A stretch of 64,000 nucleotides of DNA, from IMG/VR virus record IMGVR_UViG_3300033997_000478, positions 260,429-324,428 of that record. One strand, 5' to 3'. Made by a program: the position numbers and the translations under genes. Below, one piece after another: positions 55,101 through 63,438 of the stretch. Position 1 is the stretch's first letter. The number at the start of each line of letters is the position of its first letter. The notes under the pieces are model-generated. The model was not told the DNA's origin. It worked only from the letters and a program-made list of their open reading frames with translations, and searched no databases.

Positions 55101-58100
55101 TTCCACCAACGAACGATTGTTGGACTCGATACCGTACTGAGCGAAGCGGAAGGCACGGATGGGGTTGAACTTACCGTAGCGAGCACCGCGGTAGGACTGC
55201 CAGGTTTGCAGCGAGGCTTGGCCGATCACAGCTGCAGCGATTGCTGCCGGGATAGCCCATGCCGGCGCCGTACCCACTGCGACAGTACCGCCCGCTGCTG
55301 CGGCCGTACCGCCAGCGGCCGTAGCCGCTGCACCACCGGCGGCTGCCGTAGCGCCACCAGCTGCGGCTGCGCCGCCACCTGCTGCTGCAGCACCGCCGGC
55401 CGTGCTGGCAGTGCCGGCCAGACCCACTGCACGAGCACCCCACATGCCGCCTTGGGCGACCATGCGAGCAGTCATTGCAGTATCGGCCACCTCAGCGCCC
55501 TTATCCAGAGCACCGCGAGCTGCGCTGTCCTTACCCACGCCGAACTTGTCCATCAACCAACCGCCACCACCGGCGAGCACGCTGGTGATCATCAAGCCCT
55601 TCGCGCTGAACAGGCCCTTGCCCTTACTCAGCAGGCCCTTACCGCCACGGAACAGACGAGCCAGAGCGCCCGCCTTCCCCTTCGGGATCGGCGGCGGGTT
55701 ACCCTTGGGAATCGGCGGCGGACCGCCCCGACCAGCACGTCGACGACCCTTTCCGCCACGACGGTTGTTCTTTCCCTTTTCCTGGGTCTTGCCCTTCTCG
55801 TTCTTATTCTCGCCCTTCTTACCCTTCTTGTCCTTTTCATCGCCGCCGTCACCACCCATGTAGTAGGTGTTGCCGCCGCCGTCACCGGAATCCTCGTCGC
55901 CTTCGTCCTCATCAGACGAACCGCCGAACAGACCCTTGGACTTATTTGCGATCCAGGACATCAGGGCAGCTACCGGGCCCTTCTTTTCTTCAGCCTTCTT
56001 CTCTTCGGCTTCCTTCTTCTTTTCGTCCTCAGCTTCCTTCTTGGCGAACTGCTCTTGCCACGAACCCTTACGGGGCGCAGCGCCGGGCATCCGCTTATCC
56101 AGCAGCTTGTAGATCTTCTCCAGCAGGTCCACTTGCTTAGCCCCGTGCTTTTCGAACGGGTTGAGCAGTGCACCGAGGAACTTGAAGGGGGCACCGAGCA
56201 TTCCACCGCCCAGACCCATCAGACCGCCGAACAGCTTACCATAGCCCTTCATAGCGCCGCCGAACAGAGCGGCAGCACCCTTGACCACACTACCAGCCGC
56301 GCCAGCCAGAGCGGTGAGGACCTTCATCGCCGGAGTCTTCAACGGCATCCCCCAACGACCAACCAGACCCGGATCATGGATCTCGCTGTCGTACAGGACC
56401 GTCTTGTCCGTCGCCGACGCCTTAGCGCCTTGCTTGGGCAGCTCCTTAATCTCACCGTGGATGTCGTCGTAGTCACGCACGACCTTACCCGGCTTCTTGT
56501 CATTGGCGTTGTAGTACAAGCCGGACTTCATCTTGCTCGCCTTCAGGCGCGGCTCACGCTCGCCCTTGACGTAGACGTCCACCTGCTTGTTCACAGTCCA
56601 CTTGGCCAAATCACCGACCGCGCGGCCAGCGGCACCCAGAATCTTGAACGGGGCGCCAAAGATACCGGCGTAACCACCCAGAACCGTACGGGTCAGCTTA
56701 CCTGCGCCCGTGAGGGCCAGCCGCACCAGACCATTGGGGCCCTTGGCGAAGATACCCTTGTCGAAGTCTTCCTGACTCAGCGCCGTGGAACCATCGACCA
56801 AGTCGGTGACCGGGCCGGTGACATCACGCCACGAGCGGATCTTCTTACCAGAGTTCTCATCGCGGTATTGGCCGAGCTTGATCTTCTGCGCCGTCAGTGC
56901 CGGCTTGCGCACGCCTTGGACGTAGATGTCCTTGGTGCCACGTAGTACGTCCATGGTCTTGTCCATGATCGCACCAGTGATCGAGGTGCCCACCTTGGTG
57001 ATACCGCGGGCGCCACTGAACAGGCCGCTGTAGATTCCCTTGGTGTAGGCCCACATCCCCTTGCCCAGACCCTTCGCACCGGCCCATGCACCGCCCACGC
57101 CCTTGACGAAGATCGTATCCAGAATGCCCTTACGGAACATCCCGGCCTTTTCTCCGTCCTGACCCTGGGTGGCCAGCAAACCGGCGATCGCCTTCAAGAC
57201 TTCCAGCTGTTCGCTGTTGAGGCGAATCAGTTCTGGACCTTCAGCAAAAGTGGCCTGCATCATCGTGCCGTCAGCAGCTGCCGCATTGCTGGGCGTATAG
57301 GCTGCTTGATGGATTGCACGACGACGGCCGAGGATGGACTGTGCGCGCGCCTTGGCACGCTCAACCACGCCACGCAGGAACTCACCACCGCGACGTGCCA
57401 GCTTGGCCAGATCACCGGTGGTGACCACGGTCTCGCCAGTTTCGTCAACGACCGGACCTGCGATCTTGTCGACCGAGTCAATCGTCTCGTTGGTGATGGC
57501 GTCCTTGTAATCGCCGTTGCGCATCTTGGTGCCGGACAACAGGACATCGCCGGTAGCGCCGTTGACCACGTCAAACGCACCATCCTCCGGAATCGGCGGC
57601 GGTTCGGATCGACGGAAGACGTCACGGATACCGGAGGCAACCTTGTTGATCGCTCCGCTGACGTTGAAGGTGTAGACCTTACCGTCCAGATCCACCAGAC
57701 CATGGGAGAGCACGCTCGGGTCGATGACGACCTCGTTGGTGGTCAGGTCGCGCACAGCGCCCTTGACGTCCTCCCACTTCTCCAGGATCTTGCCAGTGGC
57801 AGCATCGGCGTATTGACCCGCACGCAGCTTACCTGCTTGCAGAACCGCCTTGGAACCACCGGCCACGTACAAGTCCTTCAGCTCCCGGCCCTTGGTGCCG
57901 AAGAAGTCCTTGGCCTTATCGGTGGCCATGTCTTTCAGACGATCGGTAGCCGAACGCTTCTCCATCTTGATGTCATCGAAGGAGGCGCTGCCGACCATGT
58001 CCAAGAACTTGGAAACCTTCAACTTCGGACGAAAGCCTTCGAACTCCAGCAGACCCGCTTCTTCCAGCAGTTCCTGCATACCAGCCGAGACGTAAACGCC

Positions 58101-59876
58101 TGCTGCCGAAGAAGGAATGGCCGAACCGAAGTTGAGGTTGTTGAACTGCTCATCCATCTGGTCCATCCACACATGGTCGGTGGAACCGTCTTGACGACGG
58201 CCGGACTTGGAGAAGATCTGTGACAGTTCCGCCTTCGCGGTCGGGGAGAGCTCGGGGGTGTTGATGCCGGGGTTGATGTAACGGTTGATGTCAAACTCGA
58301 CACCTTCGGCCGAGTCCATCTGGATCTGGCGGCTGAACTCACGCATGGTGTTGGAGGAGATCGGACGACCACCTGCCAGCGCCTTGATGAAGTCCTCCAC
58401 GTCGCGACGGGAGGCAGCCAGCTTTTCCGGTTCAGCGATGCGGCGGGTTATGTCCTTGGCCGCTTCGCTCATCGTGGTGAACTTGCCACGCTCGATGTTG
58501 TACACCTGACGCTTGGCGTTGGGGTCCAGCACCCGCGCGGTGTTGTGTTCGATGCGACTCAGCAGGCCGGGGATGATTTCCACCAGTGTCTTGCGGGACA
58601 GCTTGTCCCACGATGCCGGCTTGTCCATCGCATCCAGACCGTGGCGACCAATACTGGTGTCCAGTCGGTGCGTGCGGATCTGGTCCTTGATGATTTCCTC
58701 GATCAGGCCGCCCAGACCCTCGCGGCTGGTAGCCGTACGGGCCCACTTGTTGGCCTTCTGCGGGATGTTGCGGATAAAGCGGTTTGCGCGCGCACCCTTC
58801 TGCGCCAGCTGCGGATACTTCTTCTCCAGCCACTGACGGACCGGACCGGAAAGCATACGCACTGCGCCTTCAGCTGCCATACCGCCGCCAGCCTGCATCA
58901 GTACTTCCAGCAGCGGCATGTCATCGGCCATCTCCGAGCCCATGATGCCGTCACGACCCATACCGGCCAGGTCCTTGACGTTATCACGCAGTCGCTTGAA
59001 GGTGTCGCCCATGAAGCGCTTGGCGTAAGCGCCAGCCGAGTCTTGCAGGTTACCCAGCAGACGTTGGCGGAAGCTGTTGGTTGCCGAGTGCATGATGTTC
59101 TGCTTGGCGATGTCCGGCATGGCCGTATTCTTCACCAAGTCCACCAAGCTCATGTGGGTGCGACGAGCGGTCTCCACTTGCAGACGGAACTGGTCACGCT
59201 GTAGGTAGAAGGATCGGGTCTGCAACTCCAGCATACGTCGCTGGACGCGGTTGTTGACCTGATCGTTGTAGGCATTGAGCTGAGCCACGCCGGCTTGGAT
59301 CGCAGCCAGATGTTGAACCTGCTTGCGCGAGGTGCGCAGGTTCTGGCCGTGTAGGACCATGCGTTCAACGCGATCTTCAGCGCGATAGCGCGCGTCGATC
59401 TCGTCTTTGACTTCGAACACGCTGGCGAGCGAATCCTTCAGATCCTGCTCGTTCTGCTCGGCCGCCGTCATCGACTTGTACTGCTCACGCGGCTTGCCAA
59501 ATTCTTCCCACGCATCGTGAGTGAACTTGGGCGTGTACGTCTTCAGCTTCGGCAGATTGCGCTGGACAATACGACGCAGGGCCGGCATTGCCGGCTCCAT
59601 CTCCCTGCTGGCCGTATTGTATAGTTCTTCCGCCTCCCGATACCGTTCTTCAGCAAAATTGTAGACCGAACCGTAACCTCGCGGCAACGCATTCGAAACA
59701 ATCGTGCCAATCATCGCCGGAGACTTGAACGCATCGCGCGCACCAGCTGCAAAGCTGGAGGTGGCGCGGGCGATCACGCCTCGGTTGGTTCTCTGATTGA
59801 CAGGCGCGAACGGATCGGGGAAATCGTAATCAAGATCGCGACCCCAGTCGGAGTCGTCGAGTTGTTTCTGCGCCAT
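52107..59876 (-). CDS. Tape measure / tail-associated lytic transglycosylase (phiKZ gp181-like)
   Basis: 2589 aa. SLT domain at about 53050-53400 (AMCMVESSFNP...AQGLYQFIPGTW...MYMAHFLG). Long helical N-terminus and a Gly/Ala hydrophobic stretch. Confidence 0.88.
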   Translation of the reverse strand: MAQKQLDDSDWGRDLDYDFPDPFAPVNQRTNRGVIARATSSFAAGARDAFKSPAMIGTIVSNALPRGYGSVYNFAEERYREAEELYNTASREMEPAMPALRRIVQRNLPKLKTYTPKFTHDAWEEFGKPREQYKSMTAAEQNEQDLKDSLASVFEVKDEIDARYRAEDRVERMVLHGQNLRTSRKQVQHLAAIQAGVAQLNAYNDQVNNRVQRRMLELQTRSFYLQRDQFRLQVETARRTHMSLVDLVKNTAMPDIAKQNIMHSATNSFRQRLLGNLQDSAGAYAKRFMGDTFKRLRDNVKDLAGMGRDGIMGSEMADDMPLLEVLMQAGGGMAAEGAVRMLSGPVRQWLEKKYPQLAQKGARANRFIRNIPQKANKWARTATSREGLGGLIEEIIKDQIRTHRLDTSIGRHGLDAMDKPASWDKLSRKTLVEIIPGLLSRIEHNTARVLDPNAKRQVYNIERGKFTTMSEAAKDITRRIAEPEKLAASRRDVEDFIKALAGGRPISSNTMREFSRQIQMDSAEGVEFDINRYINPGINTPELSPTAKAELSQIFSKSGRRQDGSTDHVWMDQMDEQFNNLNFGSAIPSSAAGVYVSAGMQELLEEAGLLEFEGFRPKLKVSKFLDMVGSASFDDIKMEKRSATDRLKDMATDKAKDFFGTKGRELKDLYVAGGSKAVLQAGKLRAGQYADAATGKILEKWEDVKGAVRDLTTNEVVIDPSVLSHGLVDLDGKVYTFNVSGAINKVASGIRDVFRRSEPPPIPEDGAFDVVNGATGDVLLSGTKMRNGDYKDAITNETIDSVDKIAGPVVDETGETVVTTGDLAKLARRGGEFLRGVVERAKARAQSILGRRRAIHQAAYTPSNAAAADGTMMQATFAEGPELIRLNSEQLEVLKAIAGLLATQGQDGEKAGMFRKGILDTIFVKGVGGAWAGAKGLGKGMWAYTKGIYSGLFSGARGITKVGTSITGAIMDKTMDVLRGTKDIYVQGVRKPALTAQKIKLGQYRDENSGKKIRSWRDVTGPVTDLVDGSTALSQEDFDKGIFAKGPNGLVRLALTGAGKLTRTVLGGYAGIFGAPFKILGAAGRAVGDLAKWTVNKQVDVYVKGEREPRLKASKMKSGLYYNANDKKPGKVVRDYDDIHGEIKELPKQGAKASATDKTVLYDSEIHDPGLVGRWGMPLKTPAMKVLTALAGAAGSVVKGAAALFGGAMKGYGKLFGGLMGLGGGMLGAPFKFLGALLNPFEKHGAKQVDLLEKIYKLLDKRMPGAAPRKGSWQEQFAKKEAEDEKKKEAEEKKAEEKKGPVAALMSWIANKSKGLFGGSSDEDEGDEDSGDGGGNTYYMGGDGGDEKDKKGKKGENKNEKGKTQEKGKNNRRGGKGRRRAGRGGPPPIPKGNPPPIPKGKAGALARLFRGGKGLLSKGKGLFSAKGLMITSVLAGGGGWLMDKFGVGKDSAARGALDKGAEVADTAMTARMVAQGGMWGARAVGLAGTASTAGGAAAAGGGAAAAGGATAAAGGAAATAAGGTAAAAGGTVAVGTAPAWAIPAAIAAAVIGQASLQTWQSYRGARYGKFNPIRAFRFAQYGIESNNRSLVEKVVKLEEKLAPHIDQATGNVSTSLGGGDDFTMNDAYELFGIHDGMMWFGGSSLDRGSFQTWYANRFLPVYTQWIIELNKIDPSKKVSGENFKASMMTSSLDMMNDTDKLPPESRLKLVNSVWNGVSRSVYAVLASPTGDPADIIDDPNKIEQAYLLAVKSCNVDGKGGPLSKRFGDKLNKLADMAPTQFRMQAQWAAEWYNNKLVKKEGLALQNQELANKAGGTESLKGKILLTKPLTGLLPPLLGRADKITPLQAIRLRTYGLAELEIDRVRALIALEMFVAKNTQLASDGSAYYNMDTDATYSTACAFFGLTPNTPDDRERWGIWFNKRFLPTAIAYIRSADKIAKNVDLTAPEKTLKGEQLVQMAQDIMAAKDDDGRSVWYVTISPWSAQEKLLTDQAATTGSLLALRSIVSKKVMSETKVDGLDAQAANKKGMIANMLDAMGRGQAKVDDFLGGKSGERNWLGRQIDRVKDVATTVTDLGSQAYNQAKAGDWSGAATSAASAALAPGQAVYGALTGGTAIQHPGGGTGGDINSLPQIPSNQELAAMPVKQRFAALKPMLDAVAKMTGTDPNMLYAMCMVESSFNPLGSPGTSAAQGLYQFIPGTWRQSMAQHASKYGIAPGTGPLDSRANAIMGALYLKSNYSYVSKKVKKPLTATDMYMAHFLGPEGAAQFLNKDPNENAVKAFPRAAAANAWVFYESKREGKRMVPDYSRPRTIGAVYADLQRKMLNAYKGYGGDAGLGGQVMQPTGTAPAAAGKADFSGVTASVDTTGNKPNVGNDSAYPPTTTTTTANAGGGVNPPKPETEISDVPRQAPAEATDMQKTGGGILAQGAGNGPSGSSAMPAPDISSTSALSATSAAQSSDEAAKFQAQERERAQRAETLRQTEIQNRYESQVSATQQNQSTQLLANLVEEARQTRINTGDIVTLLRMQMNGGKPLMQQQGSSQTQKQAEQPQQQTVAEQRPPTPPSSARLESTRPTNTFNGGVPIDVRHQ

Positions 59877-59941
59877 TGTTTTCTCCTGGCCTTATTAAAA
59901 GGCCTCAGGCCCTCAATTCATAGTTTAAGGAATCCAGACTG

Positions 59942-61498
59942 ATGGTCCCCCGTATGGGTTTCGAAGCCGAAGGCGATGACTGGGACGTCCCAGTTCCACC
60001 CAGTCGCCCAACGATGAGCGCGCAGGCCCCGATGGGTCAGCCGTTCAATTTGAACATCCTTCAGATTACCCCGCAGATGCAGGCGCTGATGAAGCCTGTC
60101 ACCAGCGTGGACTACTACGAAAACGTCAAGCGAGATCTGGATGAGAACGGTCTGTTCTCGATCAGTATCTTCGGTCGTATGGGCGATGAAGCCCGCGACA
60201 TGCGTTTCTCTTACATCGACATCAAGACCGAAATCTTCCACCCGGTGATCTACGATCGTCTGGTGAAGCTCAAGAAGCTTTATGGTGGCATCATCGAGGG
60301 TAAGCGGTACGCCCTGTGGGATGACAAGCAGAAGGACTTTGTCCCCGCCAATGAATTGGACGGTCAAACCGGTTATGCCTTCTTCTGCTCGCACTGGAAG
60401 GACATCGTCTTTACCCGCAACAGCTCGGACAAGCGCGACATGCGTGCCCAGCTGGTGGAAAAGTTCCGCGACGTTGCCCTGACCTCCAAGATCATCGTGA
60501 TCCCGGCTGGTCTGCGAGACATCGAGGTCGACGATGAAGGGCGTGACACCGTCGGTGACATCAATGCCCTGTACCGCAAGCTGATCTCGGTCTCAGCACG
60601 CATCCCCAATCACGACAACGTCAAGAACGACCCGTCGCACGATCTGGCGCGCATGCTGTTGCAGACGGCGTTCAACGAACTGTACAACATGCTGGAGACG
60701 ATGATCTCCGGCAAGCGTGGTATGTTCCAGGCCAAGTGGGCTTCGCGTAACGTGGTGGACTCCACCCGTAACGTGATCACCGCCATGGACACCTCGGTGG
60801 AGCACATGACTGCGGTCAATGCCCCGCGACCGACCGATACCTACGTCGGCATGTGGCAGCTCTCCCGTGCGCTGGCCCCGCTGACCATCCATCAGCTGAT
60901 GACCACCTATCTGAGTCAGATCTTCTCCTACGGTGAACGCACAGCCCGACTGGTTGATCCGGTCACCCTGCGCGCTGAAATGGTGGACATCTCCTCCGAC
61001 GCCCACGACATGTGGAATACGGTGGAAGGTCTGGAGAAGGTCATTACCTCCTACCGCGAACTGTCGCTGCGCGACAAGCCGGTGATGGTGGACGATCGCT
61101 ACCTCGCCTTGATCTACGTCCCTGAAGAAGAGCGCAATGGCTACAAGTCGTTCCGCATTTTCTCCGACATCGAGGAGCTGCCCTCTTGGGCCAGTCGAAA
61201 GGACGTGCGACCGATCAACCTGATGGAGTTGCTCTACCTGTCCGGATACAAGATCTGGAACGATCAGGTGGGTAGCGTCACCCGTTACCCGATTTCCGGT
61301 ATCGGCAGTATCTATCCAACCACCGTCTATGCCAAGACGACCGTGGTGGGTGAGGTGCGTCGTGAACTGGGAATGGACTGGGAACCGCTGACTGACGATA
61401 ACACTTCGTTGGCACCGGAGTTCCCCACCTACGAGCCGCTGGCCTATCAGGACAGCCTCGTGATCCACAGTACCCGCCTTGCGGGTCTGGGCGCCGAT
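59942..61498 (+). CDS. rpoC: Virion RNA polymerase beta-prime subunit (phiKZ gp180-like), exon 1
   Basis: GLFSISIFG, IIVIPAGLRD, SGKRG...SRNV and RYP motifs of beta-prime. Ends GLGAD; spliced to exon 2 this restores GADFDGD. Confidence 0.92.
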
Positions 61499-61895
61499 AA
61501 CCCGTGGTTTCGCCACGGGGATGTCCGCCGCAACTGCGAAGTTGCGTGCGAGTTCCCTTAATTGCTGGAAACTCCTGTTAAACCAGTTGGCTACAACGTG
61601 GGGCGGAAGCCCGAGCGTGAATGCTTGAAAACAACTGGGTAGGGACAATCAGCAGCTGATCCCCTCTATGTACCTGCTTTTAAGCGTGGAGTGTGGGGAG
61701 AGTTCAACGACTATCCCGTGGCTGGGAGTACATCGCAATGGGCGATGGAAATAGGGAAGCTCTCGTTGAGTGTCGGGCAATACGCTCCGAGAGTAAGATA
61801 TAGTCTGGCCTGCATGGAAACATGCAGCAGTGTGAGCTGAGTTGCGGCAGCGTAGCACGCGCTGAAGGGGAAACGACCTTCGGCGGAACATAGCG
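61499..61895 (+). mobile_element. Group I self-splicing intron (IA2-like), ORF-less, 397 nt
   Basis: 5-prime exon ends in U and intron ends in G. P3 GAGTTCCC(61550)/GGGAAGCTC(61754); P4 TGCTG(61563)/CAGCA(61650); P7 GACTA(61709)/TAGTC(61801). R GTTCAACGACTA and S AAGATATAGTC. P2 and P9 carry GNRA loops. Two extra hairpins between P7 and P3. Confidence 0.95.
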
Positions 61896-62075
61896 TTCGA
61901 TGGTGACACCGCAAGTTTCATCGCATGTGTGACCGATGCCAAAGATACGGTCAAGCAGTACTTGAACTCGCGCAAGGCCTACGTCGATCCGATCGGCGGC
62001 CTGCGTACCTCAGCGGGTGTGCATACGACGGAACTGTTCCTGCGTAGCTTCACCGGCGATCCGATCGAGGAGTAA
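61896..62075 (+). CDS. rpoC: Virion RNA polymerase beta-prime subunit, exon 2
   Basis: TTC GAT GGT GAC ACC... = FDGDTASFIACVTDAKDTVKQYLNSRKAYVDPIGGLRTSAGVHTTELFLRSFTGDPIEE*, 59 aa. Absent from the ORF track. Confidence 0.92.
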   Translation, partial: FDGDTASFIACVTDAKDTVKQYLNSRKAYVDPIGGLRTSAGVHTTELFLRSFTGDPIEE

Positions 62076-62077
62076 CA

Positions 62078-63376
62078 ATGAAGACCAAGCAAGACCTCGA
62101 CTCGCTGATCGTGTCGATGGAGCAGCTGGAACAGCTGCAGAACTCGATGGAGATCACCTCCCAGATCAGTCTGGAGAGCATGGATCAGTCGAGCATGTAC
62201 ATCTACGGTAACAAGCTCAACGAGATCCGGCAGGGCGTCGGTTTGGAGGCGCTGGAGTTCCAGGACGTCAAGGACATGTTCGCGGCCATGGGTAAGACGG
62301 CTGTGGCCATGGGACAGGGTTTCATGAAGTTCTTGGACAAGGTCCACGAAACCGTGGATAGCACCTACCTGGTCAAGACCAAGCGTATCCGCAAGCAGTT
62401 CGAGGCGTTGGGCGAGGCCAACCCTAAGAGCGAGCAAATGGAGCGCCCGGCCATTGCCAAGAACCTGTCCATCGGCGGCCAGTTCCCGGACAACTTTGCA
62501 CAGGTCACCAAAGACCTGATCGAGTTCTCCAAGCACACCACCGCCACGGCCATCCCGGAGTTGGCATCGATGACCCGTCGCTGCGCGCAGCGCTTGGAAG
62601 CCAAACGCTTCATGGGTAACGATGCGTTCCAAGCTGAGGTCATGGAACTGGCGGCGATCATCGCCTCGTCCAAGACGCCGATGCAGCTGTACAGCTTGGA
62701 ACAGACTCAAGAGCTGTATCCGGGTAACCGCACGATCTTCAGCACGATCAAGCCCAAGCGTCCGTCGCGTCCGCCGAACATCTCCAACGCCGCTGCGCGT
62801 AAGGTGGTCGATGCGGTCAGCCACATGACCATCGGTATCGTCTCCAACCCCAAGTCGGCCAACGGCAAGGGACCGACGGTGATTCCGGTGCTCTACCCGG
62901 CCGAAGCCCTGCGGATGCTCAACTACACCGATGCCCTGTTGCACGAGGTCATCCGGGTGAACCAAGCGGCCAAGCCGTTCCGCAATGACAAGCATCCTTC
63001 GACCATGTCGCTGATGCTGTCTGGGTTCTACCACGGGGTGGCCAAAACCTTCGATGACTTCTGGACTTCCTCGGAAGACGGCTTTGGTGAATTCGAAGGT
63101 GCGCAAGGTGGAGAGATGCGCCGCATCCAACCCGGTAAGAAGGGAATGATGGGCGTGTTGAATGATGGTATGCAGAGGACTGTTTCCAACCTCAGCATGG
63201 AATCCAAGGTGGACGAGGACGAGCGTCGTGTTCTCGCTGTCTGGGTGGCCCGTTATCTCAAGCTCTCCGCGGTGGATCACATCCGCACCGCCCAAGCTCT
63301 CCAGATCCTCCTGCTGGCTGTTGCCCGCGGCTACATCGAGTATCTCGAAGAGAGTCTGAAGTACTACGAGCAATGA
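62078..63376 (+). CDS. Putative internal head protein with multiple S-x-E sites
   Basis: 432 aa. VSME, NSME and ISLE near the N-terminus and LSME near the C-terminus. Confidence 0.6.
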   Translation: MKTKQDLDSLIVSMEQLEQLQNSMEITSQISLESMDQSSMYIYGNKLNEIRQGVGLEALEFQDVKDMFAAMGKTAVAMGQGFMKFLDKVHETVDSTYLVKTKRIRKQFEALGEANPKSEQMERPAIAKNLSIGGQFPDNFAQVTKDLIEFSKHTTATAIPELASMTRRCAQRLEAKRFMGNDAFQAEVMELAAIIASSKTPMQLYSLEQTQELYPGNRTIFSTIKPKRPSRPPNISNAAARKVVDAVSHMTIGIVSNPKSANGKGPTVIPVLYPAEALRMLNYTDALLHEVIRVNQAAKPFRNDKHPSTMSLMLSGFYHGVAKTFDDFWTSSEDGFGEFEGAQGGEMRRIQPGKKGMMGVLNDGMQRTVSNLSMESKVDEDERRVLAVWVARYLKLSAVDHIRTAQALQILLLAVARGYIEYLEESLKYYEQ

Positions 63377-63386
63377 GCCCATCACA

Positions 63387-63415
63387 CTGGACGGAGGGGC
63401 TTTCCCTCCGTCCAG
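63387..63415 (+). terminator. Hairpin before the putative RNAP beta gene
   Basis: CTGGACGGAGGG gcttt CCCTCCGTCCAG ttatc. Confidence 0.65.
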
Positions 63416-63438
63416 TTATCCTGTCAAAAGGTGTCCCT

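Noticed and set aside
61499-61561. Read-through tail NPWFRHGDVRRNCEVACEFP of the 539-aa ORF
   Set aside because: It lies inside the intron. The spliced frame restores DFDGD.
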